Virus record (IMG/VR): IMGVR_UViG_3300032070_000613 | Location: 64,001-128,000 of that record | Direction: 5' to 3' (one strand) | Length of the DNA: 64,000 nucleotides | From: a virus | Shown here: piece after piece, positions 31,547 through 37,487 of the stretch | Layout: each line of letters opens with the position of its first letter | How positions within the stretch are numbered: the stretch's first letter is position 1 | The notes under the pieces: generated by a model | What the model saw: only the letters and a program-made list of their open reading frames with translations | What the model was told of the DNA's origin: nothing | Database searches by the model: none | Program-made: the position numbers and the translations under genes

Positions 31547-33016
31547 ATGTATTATTTTTCTATCACTATAGATAAGACAAAAGTTCAAGGAACTAATTCT
31601 AATTTTATATATTTATTTGATGAATCTGCTAATAATGTTCCCGTCGGTTTTTGGTCGCATGTTGTAGATTCTAATGGTCTTGACATTCGTTTTTACGATA
31701 CAGATAGTTTAACGGAGCTCAAACGTGAAATTGTGCTATATTCATCTATTACAAATACAGTTGAAGCATGGATACAGATCCCCTCTATTAGTGATATTGT
31801 AGACAAAGTAATTTGGTGTAAATATGGAGAAAGCGTTATATCGAATTCTTCAGAAGTTTGGACAGACTCTGGAATAACTCAAGTCAATCATTTGAAATCT
31901 GATGGTTCTAATGTTGCTGATAGTGCTCATGGTATAACAGGTACACTTTTTCCCCCTGCTACATCATGCTCCGGTGTTATCCATGAAGGAGTGGACTGTA
32001 CATCTGGGAGGATTCGTATTCCTCATAGTGTATATAGTAACCCTGGAAGTAATTCTTTTGCCGTTTCATTTTGGATGAATCTTGTAAATATTGCGGCATA
32101 TGATCCAATTATTCAAAAACAGAACTTTGGAAGTGAGCAGTGGGGAGTATATCGAGGTGGTTCTGATAGCTATGGAATGCCCGGGAAAAAATTGAATTTA
32201 TTTCTTTCAGCGACATCAGGTTTTAGAGGCGGTTATACAGTCAATAATTACTCAGATGGAAACTGGCATCATGTTGTTGCTATATTTGATCAAGGTTTAG
32301 ATACACTCAAATGCTATGTTGATGGGTACATAGTAGGCATGGTGATTGACCATGTTACTCCTCCGTGGCCCAATCCCGACAATACTGGGTATGAGGTGAT
32401 AAATTCCAGTTTATCTTCTGATACAATAAAAGTTGATGAAATAAGATTCTATAAAACATTGCCAACTGAAGATGATATTTTAACACAATTTAATAATCAA
32501 AATGATCCCGCTACATTTTCTTTATGCGGTCCCGAAGAATCAAATTTAGTAGCTGATTTTTCAGCTACTCCCTTGTCAGGAGTGGCTTCTTTATCAGTTC
32601 AATTCACGGATACCTCTCTAGGTACTCCTACGAGCTGGTCCTGGGACTTTGGAGATGGTATCACATCAACAGAACAGAATCCTATCCATGTTTATGGTGC
32701 TGCGGGCGTTTATACAGTAGTCCTCAGGGCGATTCGAGGGTCTTTTGAAGACACTGAAACAAAATCTGAATATATAAAAATAGGTTTTACGGACAGCATA
32801 ACAAAATATGCCTATATAATTTTAACGCCGCGTCTATCTACAGATGATGCGGCCATACCACCGAGCAGGCCTGAGCTAGGAGTCATGTATGCAGATGGAG
32901 TAGGCAATTATCTATTTATAAAAAAAGGAATACGTGTAATCCTACCCGCTCAGAGTTCTATTGAAGAAGGTAGCGGATTCGTACGATCGAGTGGCCCTAG
33001 CGTAATTTTTGATTGA
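31547..33016 (+). CDS. DUF2341 + LamG + PKD fibre protein with conserved C-terminal peptide
   Basis: Paralogous N-terminus to 20896 and 37488; FAVSFWM, DGNWHHVVA, VDEIRFY; C-terminal VGNYLFIKKGIR. Confidence 0.82.
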   Translation: MYYFSITIDKTKVQGTNSNFIYLFDESANNVPVGFWSHVVDSNGLDIRFYDTDSLTELKREIVLYSSITNTVEAWIQIPSISDIVDKVIWCKYGESVISNSSEVWTDSGITQVNHLKSDGSNVADSAHGITGTLFPPATSCSGVIHEGVDCTSGRIRIPHSVYSNPGSNSFAVSFWMNLVNIAAYDPIIQKQNFGSEQWGVYRGGSDSYGMPGKKLNLFLSATSGFRGGYTVNNYSDGNWHHVVAIFDQGLDTLKCYVDGYIVGMVIDHVTPPWPNPDNTGYEVINSSLSSDTIKVDEIRFYKTLPTEDDILTQFNNQNDPATFSLCGPEESNLVADFSATPLSGVASLSVQFTDTSLGTPTSWSWDFGDGITSTEQNPIHVYGAAGVYTVVLRAIRGSFEDTETKSEYIKIGFTDSITKYAYIILTPRLSTDDAAIPPSRPELGVMYADGVGNYLFIKKGIRVILPAQSSIEEGSGFVRSSGPSVIFD

Positions 33017-33026
33017 AAGGGAAAAA

Positions 33027-33674
33027 ATGCTGCAATCAAATTCAGATAAAATAAAAGCTAGCACCGTACCGAATTTCTCGGACGACTCCGTACGGATAAA
33101 AGCGGGATCTTTTGTCTATGACAATAAATGGATCAATTTTAGTGGTACTGTTTTTAAGGTAAGAGATTATATAACCTCCGTCCTGGTAGGCACCCGGACT
33201 CGTTTCTTTAAAGATAGAAACTACGCGGTCTATCTCCTCATAGGGCTAGACCCCACACAAGGCATCCGAGTGATAGAGGGACAGCATGTCCCTTTTTCGA
33301 CGCTACAGGGAGTCCCGCCTCCAGATTCATATGATTTCCTGCCTCTGGTGGGAGTCATAAGTATCCAGGATGGTACGAGAGATCTCAATTTCGGATATCT
33401 ACCTTTGAAAAATGAAAATATCATATTGTTTTCCGGCTATGGTAATATCCTCGATAAAGACCTCAAAGGCGTACAGGGAGACGCGAATTATACATACGGA
33501 GAAACAGGTCTCGTAGGAGGGACTGGATTAAAGGGATCCACAGGTAATCAAGGCATTCTTGGTGTCACTGGACAGAGGGGTCATACTCCTACCCCACAAC
33601 GTGGATATACGGGTATAGTCGGGATGACTGGTATCTCTTGGAATATCCACGTACCATTTGAGGAATTTTATTAA
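33027..33674 (+). CDS. Short-collagen fibre protein, paralog A
   Basis: ATG at 33027 follows GAAAGGG (the track starts at TTG 33009); C-terminal G-x-T-G repeats; paralogous to 33711. Confidence 0.75.
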   Translation: MLQSNSDKIKASTVPNFSDDSVRIKAGSFVYDNKWINFSGTVFKVRDYITSVLVGTRTRFFKDRNYAVYLLIGLDPTQGIRVIEGQHVPFSTLQGVPPPDSYDFLPLVGVISIQDGTRDLNFGYLPLKNENIILFSGYGNILDKDLKGVQGDANYTYGETGLVGGTGLKGSTGNQGILGVTGQRGHTPTPQRGYTGIVGMTGISWNIHVPFEEFY

Positions 33675-33680
33675 GAGAAT

Positions 33681-33694
33681 GATAATCTCTTAAT
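33681..33694 (+). promoter_or_regulatory. Putative late-promoter motif GATAATCTCTTAAT, inside an inverted repeat (ATTAAGAG...CTCTTAAT)
   Basis: Intergenic, 16 nt before 33711. Confidence 0.55.
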
Positions 33695-33710
33695 TTATCC
33701 CTCTATTCAT

Positions 33711-34349
33711 ATGTCCCTCATAACGAAGCAGAAAAAAGATTTTACTTTAAAAACTAAAGACTCGCGTGAACATGGTGAAAATATCGTTTTCATCAAAGGC
33801 GGATCTGTAGTTTTAGAAGACAAATGGATGTTTTTCCCGGACCTCCGTATTGATGTACAGCAATTAATATTAAAGTACGTCAGCGAGACCTCGAGAAGAA
33901 TATTCAATAATTTTAACGATATCCTCTATGTTTTAATAGTTTTGGATAAAACCGGTCAAGTCAAAGTCATCCCCAGCGTATCCTATAATAAAAGCTCTTT
34001 CGGTGATGTAAAAGCTTTCCCGGATCTATCTGGTAAACTCCCTCTGATTTTAGTGCGCCTGACTCAGGATGGTAGCGCCGATCTAAAGGCTTTTAAACCT
34101 ATTCTGCCAGATGACATGGAACTCTATCAGGGCTACGGTAATTACACGAAGATGGGCCCTAAAGGGGAAGAAGGATATAAAGGTATTACGGGGATGATAG
34201 GCATGACGGGTCTACAGGGCATCACGGGCTATTATGGACTGACCGGTTTCCAGGGAGCTACAGGATTACAAGGAAATGTGTTACAGGGAGTGACGGGTGT
34301 AGAGGGGTTGGTCGGAGCAAATTTATACGCTGTGGTAGTAGATCGTTAA
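33711..34349 (+). CDS. Short-collagen fibre protein, paralog B
   Basis: IKGGSVVLEDKW, QDGSADL and YQGYGN match 33027; followed by a G-x-x run. Confidence 0.78.
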   Translation: MSLITKQKKDFTLKTKDSREHGENIVFIKGGSVVLEDKWMFFPDLRIDVQQLILKYVSETSRRIFNNFNDILYVLIVLDKTGQVKVIPSVSYNKSSFGDVKAFPDLSGKLPLILVRLTQDGSADLKAFKPILPDDMELYQGYGNYTKMGPKGEEGYKGITGMIGMTGLQGITGYYGLTGFQGATGLQGNVLQGVTGVEGLVGANLYAVVVDR

Positions 34350-34363
34350 AGGAGTTATGCCAA

Positions 34364-36064
34364 ATGAATATAGATCCTCGTCATATTAAGCAAATATCAG
34401 ATACTAAGGCAACATTATCTGGTGCTGGTCCAAAAAGATTAAAAAAGAAGCAGATCGCTATTCAAGAAGATCTCTCTGCTAAAAGATTGTCTTTCAGAAC
34501 ATCTCTGAATGAATATGTCGAATGCGCAAATGTAGCTGATGCCACAGGCATTACCGGTCCTGCTGGTATACCAGGACCTACAGGGCCCTCAGCGGGTCCT
34601 CAGGGAGATACAGGATTACCAGGTCCTACGGGTATAGCAGGGACTTATGGGTTAACAGGATTGCCAGGGATACAGGGGCCTACAGGAGCTTTTGGTGGTG
34701 CTCCTGGAGAGACAGGATTGCTTGGGGCTACTGGCGTCCGCGGCATGACAGGTATTAACGGTCTTATAGGCAGTACTGGATCGCAAGGTTTAACGGGTGC
34801 GTCTGGTGTGACAGGTATTTCTGGAGTGACTGGTGATCAAGGAAATACGGGCGTCCAAGGTTTAACTGGTTCTCAAGGAGCTACTGGAGTATCTGGCGTT
34901 ACAGGATTGTTTGGTGTGACTGGAGATCAGGGGAATACAGGAGTACAGGGTGCGACTGGTGTAGGTCTGCAAGGAGTCACAGGAATTGGTGTCACAGGTC
35001 TCAGTGGGGTAACCGGCTCTCGAGGAGAGACGGGATCTCAGGGTCTCACCGGATTGATTGGAATCACAGGGCTCGAAGGGAGTACGGGTGTCCAGGGAAT
35101 AACTGGTGAACCTGGTTTGACCGGTATGCCTGGAATCACTGGTCAACAAGGCGCACAAGGGCTCACAGGTATCATAGGGATTACAGGAGCTCTTGGGACT
35201 ACAGGTTTTGTAGGAATTACAGGTTTTCAGGGAATAACAGGTCTGCAAGGATCCCAAGGGATAACTGGAGAACAGGGTGCTACAGGAGCTCTTGGGACTA
35301 CAGGTTATATAGGAATCACGGGTCAACAGGGAGCTCAGGGGCTCACAGGTGTTATTGGGCTGACCGGATCTCAAGGCATTACGGGAGAGCCTGGTCTAAC
35401 AGGAATTTTAGGCATTACAGGGATTGTTGGAGTTCAAGGTTTAACGGGAGATCAGGGATCTCAAGGATTGACTGGTACTATTGGATTAACAGGAACTATT
35501 GGAATTACAGGACAGCAGGGAGTATTTGGATTAACGGGATATGCTGGTATCACAGGTCCTGAGGGAGCTGGTGGTAATACGGGAGCACAGGGAGTAACTG
35601 GGAATCAAGGAGAAACAGGAGCTGGAATTCAAGGATCGACGGGATTGCGGGGATCAACCGGGATGTCTGGTATTGGTAGTGCAGGAGGCGTCACAGGAAT
35701 GATCAATATCACATTCAACGGTAATAGCAATCCTGTGTCTACAGGCGAAAAAACCATAATAAATCTACCGTTTAATTTACAGCTGGATGGCTGGAGATTT
35801 CTAGCGAATGCGACAGGGAGTATTTCTGTTGATATGGCCATCTCTAGCTATACTAATTATCCTTTTACAGGGCCTCTTATGCATGCCGGTTCTACAGGTC
35901 CTTATATATCTGCTGGAATAAAAAATGAAGATACAGATCTGAGTGATTGGGTTAATGCAACGGGAGCGGCAGGAGAACTAATCAGAGTTAGTGTAGGATC
36001 CGTGACAGGGATTTCTATGGCATATCTTTCTTTAAATTATCATCAACTCTATAATGTCATTTAA
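34364..36064 (+). CDS. Long Thr-rich collagen-like fibre protein with a C-terminal globular domain
   Basis: Several hundred residues of G-x-T-G-x-x repeats; SD AAGGAG upstream; the last codons and stop are supplied by the inserted element. Confidence 0.9.
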   Translation: MNIDPRHIKQISDTKATLSGAGPKRLKKKQIAIQEDLSAKRLSFRTSLNEYVECANVADATGITGPAGIPGPTGPSAGPQGDTGLPGPTGIAGTYGLTGLPGIQGPTGAFGGAPGETGLLGATGVRGMTGINGLIGSTGSQGLTGASGVTGISGVTGDQGNTGVQGLTGSQGATGVSGVTGLFGVTGDQGNTGVQGATGVGLQGVTGIGVTGLSGVTGSRGETGSQGLTGLIGITGLEGSTGVQGITGEPGLTGMPGITGQQGAQGLTGIIGITGALGTTGFVGITGFQGITGLQGSQGITGEQGATGALGTTGYIGITGQQGAQGLTGVIGLTGSQGITGEPGLTGILGITGIVGVQGLTGDQGSQGLTGTIGLTGTIGITGQQGVFGLTGYAGITGPEGAGGNTGAQGVTGNQGETGAGIQGSTGLRGSTGMSGIGSAGGVTGMINITFNGNSNPVSTGEKTIINLPFNLQLDGWRFLANATGSISVDMAISSYTNYPFTGPLMHAGSTGPYISAGIKNEDTDLSDWVNATGAAGELIRVSVGSVTGISMAYLSLNYHQLYNVI

Positions 36065-36280
36065 AAATGACGTTGTGGGAGTCTAGGGAGCTTATTCAAT
36101 AAAATGAATATGCAGACGTTACAACCAAAGTTCAAGAACGTACCTACGGATGCTTCACTAGTCCGTAGCTCTACAACTCTACCATTAAACAGGAACGAAA
36201 GCGCCAGTGTGGTAGAGAAAGTACTGAGTTGTAACAATCCCGAAGTGAATCTACGGAAACAGGTATCCGGACTTACAGTC
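36047..36280 (+). ncRNA. omegaRNA (HEARO-type) scaffold of IscB copy 1; boundaries approximate, guide expected immediately upstream
   Basis: CTACGGATGCTTCACTAGTCCGTAG stem, CTCTACCA/TGGTAGAG, ACAACTC/GAGTTGT, GTTACA/TGTAAC, TTCACT/AGTGAA pseudoknot, TAAACAG; highly conserved with copy 2. Confidence 0.82.
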
Positions 36281-37462
36281 ATTGTACCTGTACTCTCTTT
36301 GGAGGGGAGTCCTCTAATGCCGTGCACTCCAGTTAAAGCACGGCACCTTTTAGAAAAAAGGAGAGCCCATGTCGTAAAACTAAATCCTTTTATTATTAGA
36401 TTGAATTTCAAGTGTGAAAGCATAGTTCAGGAAATCAGTTTCGGAATGGATGCCGGATACAAAAATATTGGATATTCAGCGATTACAGATACAAAAGAAA
36501 TTTTATCAGGTGAAATAGCTCTGGATAATAAAACTAAAAGCAGAATGAACGAAAGAAAAATGTATAGAAGAAATAGAAGGTATCGTCTGAGGTATAGAAA
36601 ACCAAGATTCGATAATAGGGTAAAACCCGAGGGATGGCTCCCTCCCTCTATAAAGAGAAAATTTGATACCCATATAAATTTCATAAAAGGGCTCAAAAAA
36701 ATGTTACCTATCAAAAAGGTCACAGTTGAGATAGGAAATTTTGATATTCAAAAGATAGAGAATCCCGATATCTCTGGAGTCCAGTATCAGCAGGGTGATT
36801 TATACGGGTATTATAATTTGAAACTCTATCTTTTGGAGAGGGAAAAAGGAAAGTGTCAACTCTGCGGGAAAAAATTCACTAAAGAAAATAAACCCCACAT
36901 GCACCATATAAAACAAAGGAGTGAGGGTGGTACTAGTAGAGCTGAGGGTATCGCTCTTATACATAAAAGTTGTCATGAAGATTTGCATAAGAAAAAATTA
37001 TTTCATAAATTGAAACCAGCTAAAGCTTATAAAGCAGAAACTTTTATGTCTATAGTTGGAGGGATGTTCAAGAAATTTTTAGATTGTGATGTTACTTACG
37101 GATATGAGACGTGTGCTAAAAGAAAAGAGTTAGGTTTAGAGAAATCTCATGTGAATGATGCCTTTGTTATAGCCGGAGGGACTATTCAAACTAGATGCCT
37201 ACCTAGTATGATAGAGCAAAAGAGAATTAATAACAGGACTCTGCAGACGAATAGAAAAGGTTTTTCTTCTTCTATTAGGAAACAGAGGCATAAAATACAA
37301 AATAGAGATTTTATTTGGATTAGTGGTAAAAAATATTTGAGTGGAGGCGTGGCTAGTAGAGGGACTCAGGTATATTATTTTGATGGGAGTGAGAAGAAAC
37401 TCATCCCTTCTAAAAAGATTGAAAAAATTTATAATACTGATAATTTGATTTGGCTAGATTAA
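36104..37462 (+). CDS. iscB: IscB RNA-guided endonuclease (PLMP, split RuvC, RRXRR bridge helix, HNH)
   Basis: PLMP; GMDAG (RuvC-I); RRNRRYRLRYRKPRFDNR; VEIGNFD (RuvC-II); CQLCG...HHI...GG...CHEDLH; SHVNDA (RuvC-III). Confidence 0.95.
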   Translation: MNMQTLQPKFKNVPTDASLVRSSTTLPLNRNESASVVEKVLSCNNPEVNLRKQVSGLTVIVPVLSLEGSPLMPCTPVKARHLLEKRRAHVVKLNPFIIRLNFKCESIVQEISFGMDAGYKNIGYSAITDTKEILSGEIALDNKTKSRMNERKMYRRNRRYRLRYRKPRFDNRVKPEGWLPPSIKRKFDTHINFIKGLKKMLPIKKVTVEIGNFDIQKIENPDISGVQYQQGDLYGYYNLKLYLLEREKGKCQLCGKKFTKENKPHMHHIKQRSEGGTSRAEGIALIHKSCHEDLHKKKLFHKLKPAKAYKAETFMSIVGGMFKKFLDCDVTYGYETCAKRKELGLEKSHVNDAFVIAGGTIQTRCLPSMIEQKRINNRTLQTNRKGFSSSIRKQRHKIQNRDFIWISGKKYLSGGVASRGTQVYYFDGSEKKLIPSKKIEKIYNTDNLIWLD

Positions 37463-37487
37463 ATGTCGTTATAGAGTTAAAAACAAT

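Larger units (their letters stand above)
36047..37476 (+). mobile_element. Non-autonomous IscB/omegaRNA element, copy 1, with 18-bp terminal inverted repeats
   Basis: Left CTCTATAATGTCATTTAA (36047-36064) vs right TTAAATGTCGTTATAGAG (37459-37476), 16/18 complementary; flanks TCAA / TTAA; homologous to 61603-63036. Confidence 0.8.

Noticed and set aside
25876-36000. CRISPR-like periodicity in the RCC1 and collagen regions
   Set aside because: The repeats are in-frame protein repeats with degenerate third positions and no repeat-spacer structure.
36042-36047. ATCAAC as the canonical GTCAAC end of IS200/IS605-type IscB elements
   Set aside because: Copy 2 has TCTAAC at this position and neither copy shows a right-end hairpin. 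It is kept only as an alternative to the TIR model.
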